Shown here: one piece after another, positions 12,763 to 26,641 of the stretch
Layout of the letters: each line of letters begins with the position of its first letter
Numbering within the stretch: position 1 is the stretch's first letter
Notes under the pieces: model-generated
Databases searched by the model: none
What the model saw: only the letters and a program-made list of their open reading frames with translations
Told to the model about the DNA's origin: nothing
Program-made: the position numbers and the translations under genes
From: Eledone cirrhosa
Lineage: Eukaryota
Direction of reading: 5' to 3'
DNA length: 64,000 nt
Assembly: GCA_964016885.1 (NCBI GenBank)
Contig: OZ024740.1
Coordinates: 112,282,001 to 112,346,000, forward strand

Positions 12763-13027
12763 TTAATTAAATGGGTTTAATAATTATATTCCAGATATAG
12801 AGAAGGTGGCCCAGTCTATAAGTTAGTGGACAGACGTCTGTTGAGTCGCAAGTTTAAATCTGTTTGTGGCAGATAGAAAATATCATAACCTTGGTTGGTC
12901 TCGCCAGAGAATCCACCGGGATCATTTAGAGACGGTGGCTTGCGAGAGGACCCTCAGGAAGGCATGTTTGTGGTCACTGCCATCATGACCCTTTCAAGAA
13001 TAAAATGAAAGAAAGAAGAGACAAAAC

Positions 13028-13143
<116 letters not shown>

Positions 13144-13318
13144 CGTGCGTGTGTGTAAATCATAAAGCGAGTCTAAGGGAGGCAACATTCTAAGTGAATT
13201 AATAAGAGTGAACCATTAAGAGTGTATGTGATGAATAAGAGGAAAAACCATTGAGTCACAGAGATGGTTTCACTTGAAGATTTTCTCTTTGTTTAAAGTA
13301 CCTTTAGGCAAGTTTTAT

Positions 13319-13377
<59 letters not shown>

Positions 13378-13556
13378 AATGGGAGATATGGTGATGAACG
13401 TATCCCAAAGTAAGGCAGTTTTTCAATATGTTTTATACTACAAAATCATCACAGTCTTTAGTTTTTTAATACCTGATATAGCTTAGATAATTGTTGTAAC
13501 ATTCACTACACGGTGAGTGTGTTTGCATGTATGTGTATGTGCGAGATAGATAGATG

Positions 13557-13631
<75 letters not shown>

Positions 13632-13657
13632 TGTGTGAGAGGGGGAGTGAGAGAGAG

Positions 13658-13692
<35 letters not shown>

Positions 13693-13972
13693 ACTGCGTC
13701 AATGTGCATGAGTTCAGTTTCGGCAAAAAAAGAACTACTGGATCCGGAGTGCTCTCCCTTGCACCATGTAATTTTGTTTGCGTTTTTTATTTATTTATTT
13801 ATTTATTGGCATTATTTTTCATGCAGCATTGATTCTGTGTTGAAAGGAAGAAAGAGAAAGTTGTTGGATCCAGAGTTAAACTCTCCGATAAACAAAGGCA
13901 GAGACCTGGCTTCAATTCATAACTCTGGCGGTCAATTTAATTAACTTAAATGTCTGAATATCGCATCTCATA

Positions 13973-14047
<75 letters not shown>

Positions 14048-14131
14048 CATAGCCTCTTAAGGGGCTATCTAAACCTATATAGGTGTAGCAGTGAAGATAC
14101 AATATACAGCTGCAACTTCGATTATACTCAC

Positions 14132-14224
<93 letters not shown>

Positions 14225-14228
<4 letters not shown>

Positions 14229-14381
14229 GGAAATCAGTAAAATCAATCTCTGGCCGTTTGCAAGTAAATTCGGCCTACTTATATGAAATGATAAGTTAGC
14301 AAAGCACTCGATAAGATAGAGCCTTAGAGTAATAACATACGTTTAAATAGCTTGACAAATCGAACATTGTGGTAGGCGAAT

Positions 14382-14385
<4 letters not shown>
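14225..14385 (-). mobile_element. Family Y fragment between (TA)n tracts
   Basis: AGCACTCGATAAGATAGAGCCTTAGAGTAATAACATACGTTTAAATAGCTTGACAAAT matches the conserved family Y block. Confidence 0.6.
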
Positions 14386-14459
<74 letters not shown>

Positions 14460-14539
14460 AGAATGGAAGCAGTAAAAACCAGTTAGACCATCACTCACCA
14501 GAGCACTTGACACTTGGGGCAGTAGAGTAAGTAATATGG

Positions 14540-14643
<104 letters not shown>

Positions 14644-14682
14644 ATCTATTCTCTATATTATTCATTTTATTATTGATACCTT

Positions 14683-14897
14683 AGGGCTGTGGATTGGCTT
14701 GGCAGAATCGGTAGAGTGTTGGACACCATGCTTCACGGCATAGGGTTATGCCCCTTTACGTTCTGAGTTCAAATCCCGTCGAGGTTAACTTTGCCTTTCA
14801 TCCTTACTGGGTCGATCAAATAAAGTACCAGTAATGCACTGGGGTCGATTTAATCAACTTTCCCTCAAACTGTTGGCCTTGTGCCTAAATCAGAAAC
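14683..14897 (+). mobile_element. tRNA-derived SINE (family A), near full length
   Basis: A/B boxes plus diagnostic core and 3' tail. Confidence 0.85.
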
Positions 14898-14924
14898 CAT
14901 TATTGACACCCTTACTGTTAGTTG

Positions 14925-17350
14925 AACCTGAACATTTACTACTTACAAAGTCTTCCTTTCCTGTTAGTCTGCCTGTTATCCCACTACACCTCTTGTGTAC
15001 CCAAGATTTAGATTGTGTATACTGTATAGAGTTTAATGCCTTCTCCTTTTCTACATATCAAGCAAGGCCACTTTCCTGATGAGATTAGTGCCCTATTTTC
15101 TTTCCTACTTATTAACATTTTGGTTTTTGCTAAATTTAGTCTGAGCCCTTTTGATTCTAAGTTCTGATTCCACAGCTGGAATTTATTCTCTAGTTCTTCC
15201 ACAGATAATTGGCATACAGAAGTCCCCATGGGTAACCAGTCTTAAACTCCTTAGTTATGGCTGGGAGACTAGGATAAATATAAATGGGCTAAGAAGGGAA
15301 CCCTGATGCATTACTACCTCTACCTTAAATTCTTTACTAAACTCTCTTCCTATTCACACTTTACTTACAGCTCCTCTGTACATGACTTGCATTGCTCTTA
15401 CAAGCCACTCTTCTACACCTAGTTTCCTTAAAGAAACCTGATGAACGGTTGGGGTACTCTGTCAAAGACTTTCTCTGTAACAACAAAAGCTACATATAGA
15501 GGCTTACTCTTAGCTAAGATTTTCTCTTGTAGTTGTCTTATTAAAAAGAGGGCATCTGTGGTGATCCTCCCTAATATGAAACTGAATTGCATCTCATCTA
15601 ATTTGACACTTTCCCTAATTAGTTGTGCTAGAACTCTTTCTGTCACTTTCTTAACTTGGTCTGTTAGTTTTATTCCCCTGTGTTGCTCCTTTCTAGAGCA
15701 TCAACTTTGCCTTTGTAGCAATTAATGATTTTGTTGCTGCACCAGTCATTGAATATGGCCCTGCCCTGTATTATACGACTGATTATGTGGGTGACTAGCT
15801 CATCTCCTACTGCCCCAGCTGCTTTCAGCATTTCAATGACTATCTCAAACAGACATGTGGCTTTACCATTTTCATCTCCTTGATTGCTTCTTTGACCCTA
15901 TATCTGTCAATTTTGATGGCTGGTCCCTCTGTTGGGTTAGCTGGGTGTAGTCTCCCTTTCTCCTATTCATTCTCCACATTTATTAAGCTCTCATAGTAGT
16001 ATTTCCAGACCTCTTTGAGCATCAGTGATGTTAAGTGCATCAGCGTCATTTCAAACACACTTTTCCCCAACACTGTCACACTACCTTACAATACAGAGCA
16101 CCACATGCTTCAAGTCATTAGCAAACCTCCTTATTTCAGCCTCTTTTTGTGCTATGTATACCTTTCACCTAGCTTCTCTTTTATCTACCAGGTACAGATC
16201 TTTGCTACCACCATTTTTCCAGTTCTTTCATGCCTGTCTCTTGACTTTACTGGCTCTCTCTACTATGCTGTTCCACCACCAGGTCACCCTCTGTCTGGCT
16301 GGTACTTTTCTCCAGCCACAAGTCTTTTCAGTAGTCTGTTGTAGTTTATCACATAGGAACATCCAATTGTCCTCTATGTAATATGTGTCTAACTCCTCTT
16401 CCTTCTCATATGCAAGTAAAGCATTCCTGAACCTACACTTAACGGAAAGGTCTTTAGCTTCCAAACTCTACTCCTCCAGATTCTCCTGTGTTTTCCCTTC
16501 TGTTTTAAGCTTATTTTGATGTCGCTAATATCTAACTTGTGTTGAGCAGTGCATTCTTCTCTGGAGAAGGTTTAATATTTTTAACCATCTGTCTATCTCG
16601 TTTTATAACAAGTACAATTTGACTCATGTGTTTGCCTGACTGGTAGGTGATCAGGTAGCATGCCAGTTTCCTGAAGTTAGAGTTGCAAGTGGTTAAATCA
16701 TTTGCATCACCAAATTCCAGGTGCCTCATTTCCTCTTCATTTCTTGAGCAGCCATAGCCACTGTGTACACTGGTGTAGCCAGCTGTCCAGCCTGTCTATT
16801 AAAGTCACCTGCTAGGATGATAAGGTCTTTGTCATCACTAAGTGAGGTTGTCTGAAGAAGTTGTTCATAAAAGCAGTCCTTTTGTTCTTTACTTAGTCCT
16901 GCTAAGTCCTTTTGTTCTTTACTTAGTCCTGCTTCTGGTCCATAGCAAGAGATAATTCTCATTCTATTGCCAATGCCTATTCTATGCTTGATAATTCTGT
17001 CACTTACCCTTACTTCGATTACCTTATCTACCCACTTACCAGCTAGTAAGATGTCCAGTCCACCTACCCCTCATCATTACCTACACAGAACTTGTATGTT
17101 TGTTGCTTGCTTGAGAGAAGCCTTGCAGAGCTGCCACTCCATCTCACCTCCTTACCACTGCATACATTCTCTCAAGCTACTCCACAATTTTACCTGAACT
17201 ACTTTTCAGTGTGTCAACATTGAATATAGCAGCTCTGAAATCAGTTACCTGTTAACAATGATTTGGTCCTTTTGTAGTTCTTTGTACCTGGAATGGAATA
17301 AGGGGATGCGATTCCTGGATGACAGTTGAAGGGTTCTCACACATGGCTAA
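14925..17350 (-). pseudogene. RTE-clade LINE ORF fossil (APE endonuclease + RT), many stops and frameshifts
   Basis: ORF fragments RIISCYGP...IILAGDFN (APE), TWWWN, QFSFILGRITTDALFLIRQLQEK...VAFVVTEKVFDRVP (RT), LESKGLRLNLAKTK, GKWPCLICRKG; 30-bp tandem duplication near 16874-16932. Confidence 0.9.
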
Positions 17351-17574
17351 GTTATCTACCCCACTAATATGCAGAGCACTAACATGACTAGTGTTAGTCC
17401 TCTATACACAATTAGTGAGAGATTTATGTGTTGTACTTTGTATAGTTTTGGCAAGGTTTTACTGGCTGGATGCCCTTCTTATCAACAACCACTTTACAGC
17501 ATGGACTGGGTGCATTATTCATGCCATCAGCACAAGAGAAATTGTCTTACCTGACTAAATGGTCCTCTCTACCC

Positions 17575-17811
17575 TGTATCAGTTTTTATACAAAGTGGCT
17601 GCTCTCCTAGATCAGTAGCCTTCTCCATGGCTGACAGACCCACATCTACCTTGTAGTCTTCTTTTATTCAGAATTACTGCCCTCCTAGCTGGGCTGCCTT
17701 TTCTATGGCTTAAGGAGCCCATGTCCTCTCTGTGCAGTCCTATTTTATTCATAGCCAATACCGCCTAAGCGGGCAACCTTCTGCATGGCTTACAGAGCCC
17801 ACATCTGCCCC
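17575..17811 (-). repeat. Three diverged ~79-bp tandem units upstream of the RTE ORF
   Basis: CCTA(G/A)...CCTT....ATGGCT....CCCA at 17606, 17684 and 17764. Confidence 0.6.
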
Positions 17812-17875
17812 ATACTGATTTATTTTATTGTATTTTGAATCACTGGTATCCTAAACTAACTGGCTTCATCTCACT

Positions 17876-17912
<37 letters not shown>

Positions 17913-17979
17913 AAAAGGTAAACAGAAATAACAACACAATCAGTACAGTATATGGAAGGGATATATATCTATATATATA

Positions 17980-18048
<69 letters not shown>

Positions 18049-18258
18049 TTGCTTTATGGATTTGTGTAATAAACACTTAACATACACAGAAAGAAGCTCT
18101 CATATACTATATATAGAGTCAATATAATATATATATATATACATATATATGTGTGTATGCGTGTCTGTGTAAACTGGATACACGTGTGTGTGTGTGTCTT
18201 TATATGGGTGTGTACAATGTTTGCACAGATGTGAATATGTGTATGGGTGTGTATATAT

Positions 18259-18340
<82 letters not shown>

Positions 18341-18707
18341 CTGCAGTTTGTTTTAGCTTTGACATCTAAGGCCAAGCTGGAGTTATATAAACATACCCTT
18401 TTATATACATATGTCTATGAATGCATATATGTTTAGTATGAATATATATATATATATAAAGATATCCATATGCAAGTATGTATGTATGTATGTATGTATG
18501 TATGTATGTATGTATGTATGTATGTATGTATGTATGTATGTATGTATGTATGTATATACAAACACACATTGACATATAACACATCAATATATAGAATCTA
18601 CATCATATGTAGGAAAGAAAATATTGTTGCAATTGTATAATATAAAACGTGTATATTGTATATTTATATGTATGTTGATTTATTGTTGAGTGTGTGTATT
18701 TTATATA

Positions 18708-18769
<62 letters not shown>

Positions 18770-18906
18770 TCCCAATATGTATATGTTGATTTATCTAGCT
18801 GCATATATATATATATATATATATATATCATGCCAATGCATGCTCATTATATTTAACCATATGCTGGTATTGACTCTGAGTGTATGTGTATATACATACA
18901 AATAGA

Positions 18907-18974
<68 letters not shown>

Positions 18975-19334
18975 TACATATATGCATATATAGATATAAT
19001 GTGTGTGTGTGTTTTATGTGCTTATGTTAAGTCTGTAGTCCATATGTCCATATATGGTATACACCCATATGTCTATTGCTGTTTATATAAAGGATGCATG
19101 TATGTGTGTGTGGTGAGGGGAGATTTATATTTAAAAAAAAAAGAGTGGAGAAAATGAAGGAAGAGAAGAACAGACAGTCTAAAAGGTCTAAGCAAGGATG
19201 TATTTCTATTATAACCTTAAATAATTCATTATCTGAGTGTCAACTAACATTGATATTTTCAATATATCCAATTTATGACTAATATGTTTGATGGCATGTT
19301 TGATGGATTTATGTCTTGTGGTATACCTGTTAAT

Positions 19335-19600
19335 CATCACCGTTTTATGTCCATTCTTCCACGCTAGCATGGGTTAGACGGGTTGTCCTGTTGTGGGCAG
19401 TGTCCAGTCATCTGACCTTGTCTTGCTCATTCGGGAATTGATTCTGGCTTGATTTCTACAGCTGGATGCCCTTCCTAACACAAACCTCATTTACAGTGAG
19501 TGCTGGGTGCTTTTTTTCCGTGGCCCCTACACGTCCACTTTACAGTGTGGGCTGGGTGCTTTTTTGCCGTGGCACCTCCAAGACCACTTTGCAGTGGGAG
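19335..19600 (-). mobile_element. SINE 3' part carrying two copies of the 48-bp unit
   Basis: TTTCTACAGCTGGATGCCCTTCCTAAC followed by two TTTACAGTG.G.GCTGGGTGCTTTTTT units. Confidence 0.75.
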
Positions 19601-19624
19601 GGGATGGAGGCATATTGTCTATAT

Positions 19625-19890
19625 GCTTCAGCTTCAGCTTGTACCCGTGGGAAGTCGGGTCTTCTGTATTAAAACGTGACGCCAGAGGTCACAGTCCTGT
19701 GTTATCGCCTTTGAGAGGTGTAATTGGGTAAGGTCGGCTTTTATCACCTCCTCCCAGGTCTTCTTGGGTCTCCCCACTCCACGGCTTCCATCGACTTTTA
19801 GTGCTCTGCACCTTTTTATGCAGCTGTCATTCTTTATATGCACCACATCTCCATACCAACGCAACCTCCTCTCCTGCACACAGCATTTGT
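19625..19890 (-). mobile_element. RTE LINE 3' end fragment
   Basis: ORF QERRLRWYGDVVH...GSRGVGRPKKTWEEVIKADL...DCDLWR. Confidence 0.9.
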
Positions 19891-19894
19891 TAAT

Positions 19895-20270
19895 ATGCTT
19901 TATATTTCATGGTATGTCTGATGGTAAGTTTGAGAGTATGTCTGATTATATATGTCTGAGAATAATTCAGTAACTTTCACTGAAAAGTTTGATGGCATCT
20001 TTGATGATACGTCTGATGATATATCCAATGTATGACTATGTTTGATGGTATCTCTGAAGGTATTTAATTGATTTATATATGATGGCATTCTTGATGCTAT
20101 ATATAATTGGAACGTTTGATAGTATGTGTGATGACATGCCTAATGATCTGTCTGACTGATGATATGTTTGAAGATATAGCTACTGGTATATGTATGACTG
20201 GTGATATGTTTGTTTGATGCTATGTCTGTCAGTGGTATGATGTCTGATGGTATGTTTAGAGCATTGATGT
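19895..20270. repeat. Degenerate ~12-bp tandem repeat (TGATGGTATGT-like)
   Basis: Recurrent TGATGGTAT/TCTGA motifs. Confidence 0.6.
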
Positions 20271-20449
20271 GAACACACAAGTATACATATATAACACACA
20301 AGTATACATATATAAATATTGTCATGAAAAAAAGTACCAGTCTAATACTGGAGAGGATTGGGCTCTGCCAGGTTTGAAAATGTCAATGGGTGCTTTTGCC
20401 CATATGATTCCCTCAGGATTTAAGGAACTAATGCCATGACTTACACACG

Positions 20450-20480
<31 letters not shown>

Positions 20481-20496
20481 CATCATTTCATTTCAT

Positions 20497-21063
<567 letters not shown>

Positions 21064-21071
21064 CACACACG

Positions 21072-21172
<101 letters not shown>

Positions 21173-21269
21173 TGGTGAGTGCATTTTGCTCTACAACAGT
21201 TCAGTAAACTGTATCCCAGAATCTAGAAGACTATAACTATCTTGCTTTACAATTCCCCATCTACACCAG

Positions 21270-21562
21270 CACTACCATAACCAACACCATCACCATAATG
21301 ATCACCCTCACCACCACCATCACCACCATCATAATCGTCATCCCCACCACCACCACCATCAAAATCATCACCACTACCACCACCACCACCATCATAACCA
21401 TCACCCCCACCCCTTACCACCACCACCACCACCACCATAATCATCACCCTCACCACCACCATCACCACCACCACCATTACTCAAGAACATCTCTTCAAAA
21501 TGGTTCTTCCTGCTCCTTTGTTTGGCAAGGTTTTGACACTTCCAATCATTTCACAGAAACCA

Positions 21563-21636
<74 letters not shown>

Positions 21637-21990
21637 ATACTATTAATTACTTCAACTGCAACTACTACTACTACTGCCAAACCACCACAACTACTACCAC
21701 TACCATTATTACTACTAGTAATACTACAAGAACCTCTGCTATTATTGTTGTTGTTTAAATTAGCTAATTGATCTATACTAACCAATGTAGTTATTCTTCA
21801 TTAGTGTCATTTAATAAATGCTTTCTTTTCTTTTTGTATTTGTATTTTTGTTATAGCTTTTGTTGCCGTAGTTACTGCTATTGTAGTTGTTGCTGCTGTT
21901 GTATTGTTGTTGTTTTTGTAATTGTTGTTGCTTTTCTATCTGTAGTTGTTGTTGTTTCTGTTGTTGTATTTGCTGATTTTGTTGTTGCTG
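21270..21990. repeat. Trinucleotide low-complexity block (CAC)n, (CTA)n, (TTG)n
   Basis: Direct inspection. Confidence 0.9.
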
Positions 21991-22682
21991 TTAATGTCAT
22001 CGGGTGTGTACTCATATATTATTGCACCCCCACCCCCCTCTCATCCACATCCCCATCTTACATCATCTCTTTCATTGTTATTATCATAGCCACCATTATT
22101 TTTAGCAAGACATGCATGAATGGTTGTGTGGCTAAGAAGACATTTGCTTTACAGCCCCATGGAGTTAGGATTCTATCCTTGAGTGAGGCACCGTGGACAG
22201 GTGTTTGCCAATATAGACTAGAGTCACACAATATCTGAGTGAAATTGTAAGGAAGCCTGTCACAAGCATATATGAAGGGCATCTAGCCGTAGAAAACCTG
22301 CCAGATAGTCCTATATGAGCGAGACACGGTCACCCAACCAACCCTGCCTCAAGTGGGTCAACTCCCGTCTAACCCATGCTGGCGTGGAAGATGGACGTTA
22401 AACGAAGATGATGATGATGATGATGATATGAAATATATACTTTGTATCTACCAAAATACAGCCACCGTGCTTGTTATTAACTAAAATGTGTGCACTCTGA
22501 ACTACTGGTTGCAATTACATTACTGCAGCTTGGCAGATTTATTGAGTGAGCTTGATGTTGGTCAAGGACCGTTGAGTTAATATCAACAATCTTCATTAAT
22601 AATCTCTCTCTCCATATATATATATATATGAGGGCGTGTGTGCATGTGTTTTGATGTGTATATATATATATATATATATATA

Positions 22683-23025
22683 CATGGCTTAGTGGTTAGA
22701 GCATTGGCCTTGCAATCGAAAGGTTGTGAGTTCAATTCTCAGACCAGGTGATGTGTTGTTTCCTTGAGCAAGACACTTTATTTCACATTGCTCCAGTTTA
22801 CTCAGCTGTAGAAATGAGATGATAGGGACTGGGGTCCCTATCATTCCACTGTAAAGTGGTCGTGGAGGTGCCATGGCAAAAAAGCACTCAGCACTCACTG
22901 CAAATGAGGTTGGTGTTAGGAAGGGCATCCAGCTGTAGAAATCAAGCCAGAATCAGTTCCCGTCCCACCCTTGCAAGCAGGGAAAAGTGGACGTAAAATG
23001 ATGATGATGATGATGATGATGATGA
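22683..23025 (+). mobile_element. Young full-length family B SINE (tRNA head, core, one 48-bp unit, RTE-like tail, (GAT)n)
   Basis: TGGCTTAGTGGTTAGAGC...GAGTTCAATTCTC; AGGAAGGGCATCCAGCTGTAGAAA; GGACGTAAAATGATGATGAT. Confidence 0.9.
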
Positions 23026-23029
23026 TATA

Positions 23030-23356
23030 ATCATTATCATTTAACGTCTATTTTTCCACGCTTCCATGGGTTAAACAGGTTGTCATGTTATGAAACAAGC
23101 CAAGTCAAGTGACCAGGTCTTGTTCATATGGATTTGTATTTTGGCTTGCTTTCTACAGGTGAATGCCTCTCCTAATACCAACCACTTGGTGTTTTTTCAT
23201 CGTATCACCAGCATGATCATCTTACAGGGTGGACTGGGTGCATTTTGTCGTGTCACCAACATGACTGCCTTACAAAGTTGACTGGGTGATTTGTTTTTTT
23301 TCATCATGTTACTAACAGTGGACTGGGTGGTTTGTTTTACTTGTGTCACCAACAAT
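23030..23356 (-). mobile_element. SINE 3' part with ~3-4 decayed copies of the 48-bp unit
   Basis: Repeated GACTGGGTG...TGTCACCAAC. Confidence 0.65.
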
Positions 23357-23661
23357 ACATATATATGCTGTATTTATTGATATTGAATATATAAGCATGG
23401 AAAAAGTAGAAATTAAACAATGATACAAGTATATATATATGTGTGTGTGTGTGTAGTAAAATACCAATATATTTTGTTAAAACCCAGGCGCAATGCACAG
23501 TAGAAAAATAGGAAGGGCAAATGGTGACAAATGTAACAAAACAAAGTAATTGTTTTACTCAGTGTATTCTAACATGAAAATACATCTACAGAACTTGAAA
23601 TGTTTTATGTGTTTGAAATCATCAATGAAACAGTTGTACACTTGTAGGAATCATTTATATG

Positions 23662-23755
23662 TGTATGTATATTCAAACGAATGGAACATTTCTATTTAAT
23701 AGTGCTTTTCTTCTGTTCCTCTTCAAAAAACCTTTCTTAATTTCATATAAATATA
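23662..23755 (-). repeat. Left arm of a 94-bp inverted repeat (partner 27381-27474)
   Basis: Reverse complement matches 27381-27474 with one mismatch. Confidence 0.9.
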
Positions 23756-23763
23756 TATATATA

Positions 23764-25918
23764 TGTAAAAACCCACCTACAAACCCTCACCTCGATGCTT
23801 TCGAACAAGATTTAATGGAAATGACCATGAACATTAAGTTCAACAAACATAGAAATAATGAGCTGCAGAACAACATGAAAGCACTACTCCGAAGATTGCA
23901 AAATACCAATGGAATTGTTGTGAAAGCTGACAAGACTTCTAACGTGTATACCATGGATATCGATACGTACAATAACTTCATACGCAACGAACTACACAAA
24001 AAATATAGAAAAACAAATGAAACTACGCTAGCAAATATTAACAACGAGGCATATAAAGTGGTGAAGAATCTCAAAATAGACGATAGAACCGAGCCGATTA
24101 TACCCGCTACCCCCACCTTCAACCTGAAGGACCATAAGGTAAATTTTGACTCTAACCCTAAGATCAGACTTATATGCCCTTCTAAATCAGACATAGGGAA
24201 AATTAGCAAACATATACTTGACAGAGTAATAACTCAAGTGAAAAAGAAAATTGATATTAAATTATGGGGCAACACTAGCGAAGCAATTCGCTGGTTTAAT
24301 AATGTTAAGTATAAGAATAAATCTAACTTTATACAATTTGACATAGACGAATACTACTCTTCCATCTCACCAAGCACTTTACGTAAGGCCCTATCGTTTG
24401 CTAAGGCCAATTCCGACCTAACGGAAGACGAAATTAATATTATTCTCGAGGCTAGAAAAACCATTATTAAGTTCGATAACTGCTACTGGGAACGTAAGGA
24501 CAGACCCACAAATTTCGATATTACCATGGGTTCCAACGACTCGGCGGAGGTCACGGATCTCGTGGGAATTTACATAGCCCACATATTACATAGTAAATTT
24601 AGTAATCTACAGGGGGGGGGGGATATACAGAGATGACGGGCTCTTATTAGTTAATAACTTGAATAATCAAAATCTTGAAAGGCTACGGAAAAATATTAGA
24701 AAATCTTTTAGTGAACTGGGTCTAAAAATAACATACGAATACAATCTTAAAGTAGTAAACTTTCTGGACGTAACTCTTAATTTAAATACCGGACAGATAC
24801 GACCCTTCCACAAGGTAAATGAGAACCTTACGTATATTAACTTTAACTCTAACCACCCACTCTCCATGATCAAATCAGTTCCCCGGAGTATTTCTCTTAG
24901 AATCTCTCGCCTATCGTCTAACTCTGATATTTTTAGTGAACACGCTGAATACTACAATAATGCATTAAGGAATGCTGACCACCGGGATACAATAGAATAC
25001 ATCGATAGGAATTTCCATAACACACATAGCTCTACACGAAATCAAGGAATACGTAACCGGGGGACTAAAACACAAGCACACACACACAGTACTACCAGAC
25101 ATACTAATAATAGAAGATCACCACCAAATAAATCACGTTGTAGAAAGTATATCTGGTACAATCCTATTTTTAATGCCTCGATTAGTACAAAACTATCTCT
25201 TTCATTCTTTAAATTAATCAACAAACATTTCCCTAGTTCCCATAAATACAGCAAAATTCTGAACTCTAAAACTATTAGACTATCATACTCCACGGCACCA
25301 AACCTTGAAGCATACATAAAAAAACTTAACTTAAGGCAATTAAACAACTCTACAAAACAAAACATTTTAGTAACAGATGGGCAGAACGCAATATCTGCCT
25401 CCCAACAACTAAATGGGAGACGTGTATTACTCAACCCACCTGTACCGCTATCACAACCTATCCATGGTATACCCGCTACCCACAACAAAGAATGTAACTG
25501 CCATCTACCTGAAAGATGTCCATTGAAGAATGAATGCCTAAAGTCCAACATTGTTTACCAATGCACGGTTGAATCGAACGACCAGAAATGGTATTATATC
25601 GGATCTACCACCACATCGTTTAAATCTCGCTGGTACCGTCATCGATTCTCAATCAAGCATCCGAATCACCGTTTTGTGACCACACTCGCCAACAAGACCT
25701 GGCAACTCCGTGAACACAACCAACAGTTCACCTTAAAATGGGATATACTTTCCAGCGCAAGTGCATATCGGAGTGGATTGAAGTACTGCAGGTTATGTAA
25801 CCTTGAGCTATTTTACATATTAAAATCCCAAAACAAACTACTTAACGATAGAATAGAACGATCATTATACTGCAACCACAAACTAAAAGTTAAATTCTCT
25901 CACTATAAAATAACTTAA
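23764..25918 (+). CDS. Naiad-type Penelope-like retroelement ORF: reverse transcriptase + GIY-YIG endonuclease; 5'-truncated, frameshifted at G11 (24612-24622)
   Basis: Motifs ADKTSNVY, LKDHKVNF.SNPKIRLICPSKSDIGKISK, FIQFDIDEYYSSI, FDITMGSND, YRDDG (across the frameshift), NFLDVTLNL, IWYNP, IRLSYS, CNC-CPL-C, IVY...YIGST, CRLC, CNH. Confidence 0.93.
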
Positions 25919-26409
25919 CATTCGAACCCATAACTATAACACCACTTTCTAGCTAACAACCTTCTCTTACCCCCACACTACAAGACAATACACTGCTTAT
26001 CACTATACATGGTAACTCAGTGCAATTCCTAGATTACTACTACAAACCCAAAGTTCACTCACCACACATACTTTGTCTGTCTCCTCTCTACCTATCTCTC
26101 TCTACATCCATTACACTCTCTCTCTCTCACCTTTGACCTACCTCCCTCTCAACATCTATGAACCTGCCCTCTGAGGCAATAAATAATTCCGACCTTAACT
26201 ATCAACGCATCTCTCCAAAAGTAACCAGTATAATAAAACCCCTACCATAACATTTTGATTAAGATATCTACAAGCCACTCTCTCCTACTTCTCCAACCCC
26301 TGCATATCTTTCTTTCTCTCTCCCTCTTCCCTACTTTTCTCTCTTCCTGTTCTACTCTATCTTCCCCAACAACCCACTTAAGGGTATTTACATTGTACAT
26401 TTACCATTC

Positions 26410-26521
26410 TGCTCTGAGGAAACAGTGGTCACAGCATTGGATATTCGAGTTCTGCAAGTACTTGTGAATTTGCACGTAGCGTAACTAGGCTGCAGTACCA
26501 CCGTGGAAACACTTGTAAGCA
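26410..26521 (+). ncRNA. Type I hammerhead ribozyme with ~85-nt extended stem II
   Basis: TGCT-CTGAGGA-A-ACAGTGGT...ACCACCGT-G-GAAAC-ACTT-GTA-AGCA; stem I TGCT/AGCA; GUA cleavage triplet. Confidence 0.75.
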
Positions 26522-26568
26522 CACGGAATAAATTACCTTTTTATGATGTCTACCTGTTATTATTCATT

Positions 26569-26640
<72 letters not shown>

Positions 26641-26641
26641 G

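Larger units (their letters stand above)
23764..26571 (+). mobile_element. Penelope-like element (Naiad-type) with 3' UTR/pLTR, inserted in (TA)n
   Basis: ORF as above, HHR at 26410-26521, AATAAA at 26527, (TA)n on both flanks. Confidence 0.9.

Noticed and set aside
22683-22750. tRNA genes at SINE heads (also 2805, 3672, 34965)
   Set aside because: A/B boxes are present but run into SINE cores with no proper acceptor stem; these are tRNA-derived SINE heads
23787-25551. Minus-strand ORFs of 140, 68 and 169 aa
   Set aside because: Antisense shadows of the Naiad ORF
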